From an uncultured Candidatus Marinamargulisbacteria bacterium (GTDB taxonomy: Bacteria; Margulisbacteria; Riflemargulisbacteria; GWF2-35-9; CAYUBI01): a DNA stretch of 40,152 nt. The translations under genes were made by a program, and so were the position numbers. This document shows, piece after piece, positions 16,956 through 25,104 of this stretch. Where the stretch lies: positions 1-40,152 of the forward strand of contig CAYUBI010000005.1 of assembly GCA_964443005.1 (NCBI GenBank), given 5' to 3'. Position 1 is the first letter of the stretch, and the number at the start of each line of letters is the position of its first letter. The notes beneath the pieces are model-generated. The model saw only the letters and a list, made by a program, of their open reading frames with translations. It made no database searches and was not told where the DNA came from.

Positions 16956-19052
16956 ATGGAATTTGAAATCAATATCCAGGATTTTATCGATGAATCTGAA
17001 GAACAGATCAAAATTCTGAACGATAGCCTTCTTGTTTTGGAAAATAATTACGAGAACGAAGAGGTTATTGATGAGATTTTTCGGGCTGCCCATACTTTAA
17101 AAGGTGGAGCGGGTTTGGCTGGATATGCGACTGTTGCAGAATTGACACATCACATGGAAAATTTGTTTAGTGAAATTCGTGAAAAGAAAATGGTCGTTAC
17201 TAGTACTATTGTTGATGTTTTGTTTGAAGGTGTAGATTTGCTTCGCGTACTTTTTGATGAAGTGAATAAGGGCTCAACTAAAACAGATATTTCGTATGTG
17301 TGCAAGAAATTAGAAACATTGCTGGCAAATGAAAAAGCAGTAAAAAATAAAGCAAATGGAAAAAATAAAAAAGGAAAAATGGGAAAAGTTGGAGCTGAAG
17401 TGTTATTAAAGCAAGATGAAAGCGCTTTTGACCTTGGTGTACAAGAAAAACAGAAAATTTCTCAGTTATTAGATAAAGCTTTTGTTTTTTATTCGATTAA
17501 AATTGAAATTGATGAAAGTTGTTTGGCAGTTTCATTATTTGTGTTTATGGTGCTGAATAAGCTTCGTGAAATTGGTGAAGTGATTGTAACAAATCCGGAT
17601 GAGTCTGTGTTTGATGAGCAAGATTTATTTACATTGCAAATTTTGTTTGCGTCAAAAGAATCTGCTGCTGGCATTGAAATGGAATTAAAAATGCCGGATG
17701 TGAAAAATATTGTGGTGGAACCTTTTGATGGAATTCAGGCTATATTTGATGATGATTGCAGTGATAAGCAGGATAAAAGCTTTGATTCTGAAAAATTAGT
17801 CGTAAATGAAATTGCTGTTATGAATACGGTTGCTGATATTAAAAAACCTGGTGAAAAAAAGAATATCAGTAGTTTGAGGGTAGATAGTAATCGGATTGAT
17901 GACATATTAAATTTGGTTGGCGAATTAGTTATAAATAAAGCTCGGTATTTTCAGTTATCCAATGATTTAATTCGGCAATATGGCAAGGATCCTCAAATTG
18001 TTGAGGTTCGAGAAACAACATTGCAATTGGGGCGATTAGCAAATGAGCTTCAGGAAGCTGCAATGCAATTGCGGATGGTTGCGATTGATACGGTATTTGG
18101 TCGTTTCCCTCGACTTGTGCGTGATTTATCCAAGCGGCTTGATAAACAAATTCAAATTGAAATTATTGGAAAAGATACTGAGTTAGATAAATCCGTAGTT
18201 GAAGAAATTAATGATCCGTTAGTTCACTTAGTTCGAAACGCAGTTGATCATGGCATTGAAATGCCAGAAGATCGGAAAAATGCAGGGAAATCTGAAACTG
18301 GAATTGTTACCTTGCGTGCGTATCACAAAGGAAATTCTATTGTTATTGAAGTAGAAGATGATGGAAAAGGTATTAATTGCGATTTTATTAAAAAGAAGGC
18401 TCTTGAAAAAGGGATAATTTCGGAAGAAGAAGCTTCAGTTTTTAGTGAACGTGAAATACTGAATCTTGTTTTTGCTGCTGGATTTTCAACTGCAGATGTA
18501 GTCTCTGATATTTCTGGACGTGGCGTAGGAATGGATGTTGTTAAACGCAATATTGAAAAATTAAATGGTACAGTAACAATTGATACTAAACTAGGTTCTG
18601 GAACTGTTTTTTCAATTCAGTTGCCATTAACAATGGCAATTATTCCTACATTGTTGGTAATTGTTGCAAAAACTACTTATGCTGTTCCTTTAGTATCTGT
18701 TATTGAAATTGTAAGTGTTACGCCTAAGGAAATTTCGCGATTATCTGGTTATGAAGCAATTAATTTGCGGAATAAAGTAGTTCCGATTTTGCGATTGGAC
18801 GAAGTTTTTGATATTGGAAGCTTGACGCGTGAAAAAGAAATGATGGATGTTGTTATTGTGAATCATAATAATAATCATATGGGTTTAGTCGTAGACAGTT
18901 TGATTGGTGAACAAGAAATTGTGATCAAATCACTTGATAGTGAATTTGTTGCTTGCCCTGGAATTTCGGGTGCATCGATTTTGGGAAATGGTCGCGTTGG
19001 ATTAATCATTGATGTTGCTACATTAATTGATAAATTGGTAATTAATCGATAG
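16956..19052 (+). CDS. cheA: Chemotaxis histidine kinase CheA
   Basis: HPt IFRAAHTLKG, HLVRNAVDHGIE, EDDGKG, GFST, SGRGVGMDVV and a C-terminal CheW-like domain. Confidence 0.97.
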   Translation: MEFEINIQDFIDESEEQIKILNDSLLVLENNYENEEVIDEIFRAAHTLKGGAGLAGYATVAELTHHMENLFSEIREKKMVVTSTIVDVLFEGVDLLRVLFDEVNKGSTKTDISYVCKKLETLLANEKAVKNKANGKNKKGKMGKVGAEVLLKQDESAFDLGVQEKQKISQLLDKAFVFYSIKIEIDESCLAVSLFVFMVLNKLREIGEVIVTNPDESVFDEQDLFTLQILFASKESAAGIEMELKMPDVKNIVVEPFDGIQAIFDDDCSDKQDKSFDSEKLVVNEIAVMNTVADIKKPGEKKNISSLRVDSNRIDDILNLVGELVINKARYFQLSNDLIRQYGKDPQIVEVRETTLQLGRLANELQEAAMQLRMVAIDTVFGRFPRLVRDLSKRLDKQIQIEIIGKDTELDKSVVEEINDPLVHLVRNAVDHGIEMPEDRKNAGKSETGIVTLRAYHKGNSIVIEVEDDGKGINCDFIKKKALEKGIISEEEASVFSEREILNLVFAAGFSTADVVSDISGRGVGMDVVKRNIEKLNGTVTIDTKLGSGTVFSIQLPLTMAIIPTLLVIVAKTTYAVPLVSVIEIVSVTPKEISRLSGYEAINLRNKVVPILRLDEVFDIGSLTREKEMMDVVIVNHNNNHMGLVVDSLIGEQEIVIKSLDSEFVACPGISGASILGNGRVGLIIDVATLIDKLVINR

Positions 19053-19064
19053 GGAGATAATGTT

Positions 19065-20135
19065 GTGACTATGCCAATTAGAGTTCTTGTTGTTGATGAC
19101 TCTGTATTTGTTCGTACTGTTTTGCAGCAAATTATTCAGTCGGATCCTGAATTAACTGTGTGTGACACTGCGCATAACGGAGCCGTTGCCTTAGAAAAGA
19201 TTCAAGCGAATCCTCCGGATATTATTACGCTAGATGTTTCAATGCCTGTTATGAATGGCATTGATGCATTAAAAGAAATTGTTGATCGATGGAATATCCC
19301 TGTTATTATGCTAAGTTCGTTAACTGCAAAAGGTGCGGATGTTACAGTAAAGGCACTTCAAATGGGTGCTGCAGATTTTATTCAGAAACCTGATGGCGCT
19401 ATAGGCTTAGGAATTGAAAAAGTAAGTGAAGAACTAATTTCTAAAATAAAAGCATTGGGCAGAAAACGAATGCCAGCATTTAAGGATATTAAGTTCGAAT
19501 CTCGACTGAAAGAGGCTGTAGGCATTGAGAAAAAAGAGATATTCCATTTAACTCCAGATGGGAAATTAGGTAAAATTGTTGCCATAGGTATATCTACAGG
19601 TGGTCCAAAATCGTTAGGTGTGTTTTTGCCTAAAATTGCTGCGGATGTTAATGCTGCATTTGTGATTGTTCAGCATATGCCTCCAACTTTTACTGAGGCA
19701 TTAGCAATTCGGTTGAATGAATTGTGTCATATTCATGTGCAAGAAGCAAAAGATCAAACGAGTATTCAACCTGGAAATGCATATATAATTCCAGGTGATT
19801 TTCATGCTTGTGTAAAAAATACGGGAAATGAAATTAAGATATGTTTAAATCAAAATGAAAAAGTTTCTGGGCATCGACCGAGTGTTGATGTTTTATTCGA
19901 GTCTATTGCTCGTGAATGTAAAAATAAGGCTGTTGGAGTCATTATGACTGGAATGGGTGCTGATGGTGCAAAAAATATTGGGCTTATAAAAAAAGCGGGT
20001 GGAAAAACAATTGCGCAAGATGAGGCATCATGTGTTGTTTTTGGGATGCCAAAAGTAGCTATTGAACTTGGCAATGTTGACATAATCAGTTCATTGGACA
20101 TGATGCATTCGGTCATCATGCATGCGTTAGAGTAA
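19065..20135 (+). CDS. cheB: Chemotaxis methylesterase CheB (receiver + esterase)
   Basis: VVDDS, TLDVSMP, GISTGGP, VQHMP, RPSVD and MTGMGADGA motifs. Confidence 0.97.
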   Translation: MTMPIRVLVVDDSVFVRTVLQQIIQSDPELTVCDTAHNGAVALEKIQANPPDIITLDVSMPVMNGIDALKEIVDRWNIPVIMLSSLTAKGADVTVKALQMGAADFIQKPDGAIGLGIEKVSEELISKIKALGRKRMPAFKDIKFESRLKEAVGIEKKEIFHLTPDGKLGKIVAIGISTGGPKSLGVFLPKIAADVNAAFVIVQHMPPTFTEALAIRLNELCHIHVQEAKDQTSIQPGNAYIIPGDFHACVKNTGNEIKICLNQNEKVSGHRPSVDVLFESIARECKNKAVGVIMTGMGADGAKNIGLIKKAGGKTIAQDEASCVVFGMPKVAIELGNVDIISSLDMMHSVIMHALE

Positions 20136-20154
20136 AGGAGGGGACGAAAATACT

Positions 20155-20595
20155 GTGGTGATTAATATGAATATTGATAAAATGTGTTTAGGAACAAAAA
20201 ATAATGGTGAGCCGTTTAAAATGATGATTGTTGATGACTCTGCATTTATGATTAAAACGATTCAAAAAATGCTCGAAGCCTTTGGATGTGTTGTTTTAGA
20301 TAATGCTGGAAATGGTGATGAAGCTATTCAGAAACTTCTTAAGCTAGGAACTACGGTAGATATCGTTACTCTAGATATATCTATGCCGAAAATGGATGGA
20401 TTGACTGCGTTGCCTCAATTGATTAAAATTCACCCCAAACTTAATGTTATTATGGTAAGTGCTTTGGGTGACAAAGATAAGGTAAAACAAGCGATTATTT
20501 CGGGTGCTAAGCATTTTATTGTTAAACCATTTAAGCCTGAGAAAGTATTTGATATTTTCAAGTGGGTTATTGAAAAAAATTTTGGAGGTGCATAA
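20155..20595 (+). CDS. cheY: Chemotaxis response regulator CheY
   Basis: Single receiver domain (IVDDS, TLDISMPKMDG, VSA, VKPF) inside the che cluster. Confidence 0.9.
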   Translation: MVINMNIDKMCLGTKNNGEPFKMMIVDDSAFMIKTIQKMLEAFGCVVLDNAGNGDEAIQKLLKLGTTVDIVTLDISMPKMDGLTALPQLIKIHPKLNVIMVSALGDKDKVKQAIISGAKHFIVKPFKPEKVFDIFKWVIEKNFGGA

Positions 20596-21063
20596 ATGAA
20601 AGTCGAATATATCAATCCGTTTATTGGTTCAGTAATTACGGTTTTTCGAGAAGTATTGCCTGAAATCACTATCACACGTGGGCAATTGCAAGTATCAAGT
20701 TCTCCTATGGGAACCAAGGGTTGTGCTGCATTGATTGGTATCACGGGGCAGTTAGAAGGGCGTGTTATTTTAGACATGAGTAAGGAAACAGCAATAAAGA
20801 TCGCTGGAGTTATGAATAATGAGGCAATGACGCAGTTTGATTCAATGGTTGCTTCAACCATTAATGAATTGGCTAATATGATTAGTGGCGGTGCTATTAC
20901 TGCATTAAATAATATGGGCGCGCATTTTGATATTACTGCACCTACCATGTTTACCGGTCCTAGTATTACCTTATATGATGGTAGCAGCTTAGGTGAAGCT
21001 GTCATTATTCCCTTAGCTACTAATTATGGTGAGTTTTATATTAACGTTGCAATTAAAGATTAA
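20596..21063 (+). CDS. cheX: CheY-P phosphatase CheX
   Basis: EYINPF, IGITGQLEG and ELANMISG (ExxN motif), ITAP. Confidence 0.93.
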   Translation: MKVEYINPFIGSVITVFREVLPEITITRGQLQVSSSPMGTKGCAALIGITGQLEGRVILDMSKETAIKIAGVMNNEAMTQFDSMVASTINELANMISGGAITALNNMGAHFDITAPTMFTGPSITLYDGSSLGEAVIIPLATNYGEFYINVAIKD

Positions 21064-21103
21064 TAGTTGTTAAGATTCGCTCTATAATTACACTGTTTTT
21101 ACT

Positions 21104-21179
21104 GCCGATGTAGCTCAGATGGTAGAGCGATTCACTCGTAATGAATAGGTCAGCAGTTCGATTCTGCTCATCGGCTCCA
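21104..21179 (+). tRNA. tRNA-Thr(CGT)
   Basis: Acceptor stem GCCGATG/CATCGGC, anticodon arm ATTCA-CT-CGT-AA-TGAAT, T-loop TTCGATT, encoded CCA. Confidence 0.96.
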
Positions 21180-21203
21180 GGATAAATTTCTTATAGTTAG
21201 TAT

Positions 21204-22205
21204 TTAGAATAAACGGTATAGTGACAATAGGTAAAAACAGGCTGCAGAAAGCATGGATGAAATTGGAATTGTAATTAACCACGCCCAAATAATTTGTCGT
21301 GCAGTAATCCAGCGAACATTATTCACATGTTCAACAGTACCAACGCCCATAATAGCGCCTGCAATGACATGAGTTGTGCTAACAGGAATGCCAGCATGTG
21401 CTGTTCCAATTAGAACAATTCCAGCAGCTGTTTCAGCGCAAAACCCTTCCATCGCACGAATTTTTGTGATACTGGTTCCCATTGTTTTGACGATTCTCCA
21501 TCCACCAAAAATTGTACCTAATGCAATTGCTGCGTAACAAACAATAATAACCCACGAATCGATATGGAATTGTTTGTTGATTCCAGCAGTGAATAATGTT
21601 AATGCAATGATTCCCATTGTTTTTTGTGCATCATTGGTGCCATGCCCAATACAATAAAAGGTAGCAGAAATTAGCTGTAGATTCCGAAATAGTGTTTTTG
21701 CCTTTTGCGGCTTTAATTTTTTCGATAAAGATAGAACAAGAATTGTAAAGCAAATTGCTCCGAATGCGCCGAGTATGGGTGCAATAATTATAAAAGCAAA
21801 TATTTTAATGACGCCGTGCAATAAGATTACTTGAGTTCCTGCAGACGCAACTCCTGCACCGATTAATCCGCCGATTAGTGCATGACTACTTGATGTTGGA
21901 ATGCCAAAATACCATGTGATTAAATTCCAAATGATAGCACCAACAAGAGTTGCTAAAATAACGTGTAACGTAATAGAATCGATTTGAACAACGCCTTTGC
22001 CAATCATTTTCGCAACTGCAGTTCCAAATCCAAAAAAACCAACAAAATTTGCAGCACCTGCTAAAAATACGGCTTGAAGAGGTGTTAATGTACGAGAAAC
22101 AACAATTGTTGCTATAGCATTTGCAGCGTCATGAAATCCATTGATGAAGTCGAATAACAGAGCTGCAGCAATTATAATAATAACAATAGTGAGCGTTGAA
22201 AACAT
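21204..22205 (-). CDS. pit: Inorganic phosphate transporter (PiT family)
   Basis: NGFHDAANAIAT, GIPTSSSHA, HGTNDAQK and GIPVSTTH signature motifs. Confidence 0.95.
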   Translation of the reverse strand: MFSTLTIVIIIIAAALLFDFINGFHDAANAIATIVVSRTLTPLQAVFLAGAANFVGFFGFGTAVAKMIGKGVVQIDSITLHVILATLVGAIIWNLITWYFGIPTSSSHALIGGLIGAGVASAGTQVILLHGVIKIFAFIIIAPILGAFGAICFTILVLSLSKKLKPQKAKTLFRNLQLISATFYCIGHGTNDAQKTMGIIALTLFTAGINKQFHIDSWVIIVCYAAIALGTIFGGWRIVKTMGTSITKIRAMEGFCAETAAGIVLIGTAHAGIPVSTTHVIAGAIMGVGTVEHVNNVRWITARQIIWAWLITIPISSMLSAACFYLLSLYRLF

Positions 22206-22849
22206 TAAGCTTGCTTTACTTTAATGCCACGAATAATTTTTCCGACATAATCAACAGAATCTACAACATTTTCAAGGTGTTCAATGACTTCTTTAAGCCT
22301 AATAATATCTACGGGATCCATTTTTTTATTAAAAAGTTCTGCCATACAAATTTGAAATAAATCATCAGCTTCGTTTTCTAGAATATGCATTTTTGCCTGA
22401 ATTTGTTGCACATTACTATTAGCTTCTAGCTCTTTGACTAGTTGAACCATTAGTTGTCCAATTGAGACAATGATATCTGTAAATATGAGAATGTTGGGAG
22501 TAATTTTTTCAAGTTTATAAATTTCAATTTTTTTTGCAAGATTATATAAAATATCTATAGCTCGATCAATTTTAATTGCAAGTGTATGAATATCTTCGCG
22601 ATCAATGGGTGTAATAAATGTTTGATAAAGCTCATCAATCATTTGTTTCTCAATGGCATCTCCGCGCATTTCACATTCTTTAATCGCTAATACTTTGAGC
22701 TTTTTTTCATCATCACGTGATTGTTCTAAATGTGTCATTAATTCACGAAAAATAATGGCTGCTTCCACAAAACAAGTAGCTTGATCATTCATATATTTGA
22801 AAAATTTTGTTTCTCTGGGAAGTAGAAAATCGAGTAATTTAAATTTCAT
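22205..22849 (-). CDS. DUF47 / PhoU-like phosphate transport regulator
   Basis: E.RGD, TFITPIDREDI and LENEAD motifs; 1-nt overlap with pit. Confidence 0.92.
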   Translation of the reverse strand: MKFKLLDFLLPRETKFFKYMNDQATCFVEAAIIFRELMTHLEQSRDDEKKLKVLAIKECEMRGDAIEKQMIDELYQTFITPIDREDIHTLAIKIDRAIDILYNLAKKIEIYKLEKITPNILIFTDIIVSIGQLMVQLVKELEANSNVQQIQAKMHILENEADDLFQICMAELFNKKMDPVDIIRLKEVIEHLENVVDSVDYVGKIIRGIKVKQA

Positions 22850-22866
22850 GATGTTTATCCTTTTTA

Positions 22867-22898
22867 TTTATGATAATACTTTATAATCTTATCATAAA
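22867..22898. promoter_or_regulatory. Perfect 10-bp inverted repeat upstream of DUF47-pit (putative operator or hairpin)
   Basis: TTTATGATAA-N12-TTATCATAAA, immediately upstream of the DUF47 RBS. Confidence 0.45.
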
Positions 22899-23057
22899 CA
22901 GTGAATATCGAAAACAGATTTGTAAGTATGGGACTGTTACTTAATGAAATTCTGAAGGTATAGTTTTTAGTTGTTTCCTGTAAATATTCTAATGTTGCCC
23001 TGTGTTGAATTTAGCGTTAGAATGATTTGCTTCACAATATTTTTTCGGAGGAAATTA

Positions 23058-23564
23058 ATGTTTAATAAATATGTTTGGTTATGTCTTTTTATGCTTTTTT
23101 TCAGTTCAGTGATTCAGGCTGGTGAGGTGAATTCAGATGTTACTGGGAATTCAAGAGCTGGCAGGGTAGGTGTTAATTTATCTGCTTTTGGAAATAGCCT
23201 TGGTCTTGCGCTGTCTGGCGAATATTTTTTGAATAATCGTGTTGCAATTGGAATTGGTTCAGGTGTAGATTTTTTGGTATTTTTTATTGGGTCTGATACA
23301 GATTTATTTGCTAAAATTTATTTAGCAGATACGCCAATTAGTCCGTATATAGTTTTAAATGCTTCGCATTTTTTAGGTAAAACATTTGTGTTTTTTGATT
23401 TTTTAGATACTGATTTTTGGTATTATGGGCTACGTATTGGCACTGAATGGCAAAGCGATTTCAAAAGTGTGACTGCATTAGAATTAGGTATAAATATGTT
23501 TGATCCAATGGGACAAGCAAGTTATTCGGTTTGGTTCGGCGCTTCAGTAGGATATCGATTTTGA
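23058..23564 (+). CDS. Hypothetical secreted/outer-membrane beta-barrel-like protein
   Basis: ATG 23058 follows GGAGG. Signal peptide ends ..VIQA; alternating aromatic/Gly strands; C-terminal VGYRF (BAM-type beta-signal). Confidence 0.7.
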   Translation: MFNKYVWLCLFMLFFSSVIQAGEVNSDVTGNSRAGRVGVNLSAFGNSLGLALSGEYFLNNRVAIGIGSGVDFLVFFIGSDTDLFAKIYLADTPISPYIVLNASHFLGKTFVFFDFLDTDFWYYGLRIGTEWQSDFKSVTALELGINMFDPMGQASYSVWFGASVGYRF

Positions 23565-23612
23565 TTGGATATGTATCTAGGCATTTAGAAACTGAGCCTT
23601 CGAAAAAAAACA

Positions 23613-23641
23613 TTGACAATTCTGTTAATTTGCTATATTGT
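23613..23641 (+). promoter_or_regulatory. Sigma70-type promoter upstream of rhlE
   Basis: TTGACA (23613-18), 17-nt spacer, TATTGT (23636-41). Confidence 0.55.
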
Positions 23642-23835
23642 TATTAATAGTTTTTAGAATGTTAAATATATTATTGTAAATCCTTTTTCTAATTCTTCTT
23701 TTTTTTGTTATCAACCACCGATCAGTAACAAATAGTACTTAGAAACGATAAACTATTTAATCTGTTGATCGGCAGCATTCAGAACCAATCACAGATAAGT
23801 TTTTTATTTATCTAATTTTGAAAAGGAGTATTTTT

Positions 23836-25035
23836 ATGAGTTTTGACGTATTTAATTTTTCACAGGGGATTATGTCCCAAATCCAGGCACAGGGCTATTC
23901 TGTTCCAACTCCAATTCAAAAAGAAGCTATTCCCGTTGTATTGGAAGGTAAGGATGTTTTAGGTTTGGCTCAAACTGGAACTGGTAAAACAGCAGCATTT
24001 GCATTGCCTATACTGCAAAAACTACTTACAGGTAACAGAGGAACCATTCGGTCCTTGGTTATTGCACCAACTCGAGAGTTGGCTGAGCAAATTCATCAAT
24101 CGTTTCAAGTTTTAGGTAAAGCAACTGGGTTAAAAAGCTTGGCTGTTTATGGTGGAGTTAGTAGCTATCATCAGATTACTGCAATACGCCGCGGTGTAGA
24201 TATTCTTGTAGCTTGTCCCGGGCGGTTACTTGATCTTTTAGAACAACGTGAAGTTGATCTTAGAAAAATCCAGATTTTGGTTATGGATGAAGCTGATCAT
24301 ATGTTTGATATGGGTTTTTTGCCAACGATTAAGCAGATTATGCATTTTGTACCAGCACAACGGCAAACATTGCTTTTTTCAGCAACTATGCCCAAAGATA
24401 TTCAACGATTGGCTCAAAGTGTACTTAAAAATCCAGTTCATATTGAAATTGATCACAAAGCACCGATTGAAGCGATCTCCCATGTATTATTTCCAGTAGA
24501 ACAGCATCTTAAAACATCTCTTTTAATTGAGATTTTGAAATCAACGGATGCAAAATCTATTCTGATTTTCACTAAAACAAAACATAAGGCAAAGAATTTG
24601 GGTGAAAAACTTCAACAAGCAGGATATAAGGCAACGTCGCTTCAAGGAAATTTATCCCAAAGTAATCGTCAAAAAGCACTGGATGGGTTTCGTGATGGAT
24701 CTTATAAGATTATGGTTGCTACAGATATTGCTGCACGCGGTATTGATGTATCGTTGATATCTCATGTGATTAATTATGATATGCCAGATACGTCTGAAGC
24801 GTACACTCATCGAATTGGGCGAACAGGCAGAGCCTCGCGTACAGGTGAAGCTTATACGTTTATGACGCAAGATGAGCGATCTATTGCACAAGCGCTTGAG
24901 CGCAATGTAGGTGCAGAATTAGTTTGTCGGAAAATTGAGGGATTTAATTATAATGCACCACGGCCAGTTCATAATGTGGAGTTTCAGCGTCCACCCAGAC
25001 CTGCATACCGACGGTCAATGTCACGAACTCGATAG
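23836..25035 (+). CDS. rhlE: DEAD-box ATP-dependent RNA helicase (RhlE-like)
   Basis: Q motif PTPIQ, AQTGTGKT, PTRELA, DEAD, SAT, ARGID and HRIGRTGRA. ATG 23836 follows AAGGAG. Confidence 0.95.
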   Translation: MSFDVFNFSQGIMSQIQAQGYSVPTPIQKEAIPVVLEGKDVLGLAQTGTGKTAAFALPILQKLLTGNRGTIRSLVIAPTRELAEQIHQSFQVLGKATGLKSLAVYGGVSSYHQITAIRRGVDILVACPGRLLDLLEQREVDLRKIQILVMDEADHMFDMGFLPTIKQIMHFVPAQRQTLLFSATMPKDIQRLAQSVLKNPVHIEIDHKAPIEAISHVLFPVEQHLKTSLLIEILKSTDAKSILIFTKTKHKAKNLGEKLQQAGYKATSLQGNLSQSNRQKALDGFRDGSYKIMVATDIAARGIDVSLISHVINYDMPDTSEAYTHRIGRTGRASRTGEAYTFMTQDERSIAQALERNVGAELVCRKIEGFNYNAPRPVHNVEFQRPPRPAYRRSMSRTR

Positions 25036-25044
25036 ATTTATTCA

Positions 25045-25083
25045 AACTCACTCAAAATTAGTTTTACTGATTTTGAGTGAGTT
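25045..25083. terminator. Likely bidirectional terminator hairpin between convergent genes
   Basis: 17-bp stem AACTCACTCAAAATTAG / CTGATTTTGAGTGAGTT (one G-U pair) with a 5-nt loop. Confidence 0.75.
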
Positions 25084-25104
25084 GATATTTGTTAACGTTT
25101 TTAT

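Noticed and set aside
20430-21005. 191-aa antisense ORF
   Set aside because: It is a shadow of cheY/cheX on the opposite strand.
22971-23057. Longer N-terminus for the beta-barrel-like protein
   Set aside because: ATG 23058 has a GGAGG RBS and yields a proper signal peptide.
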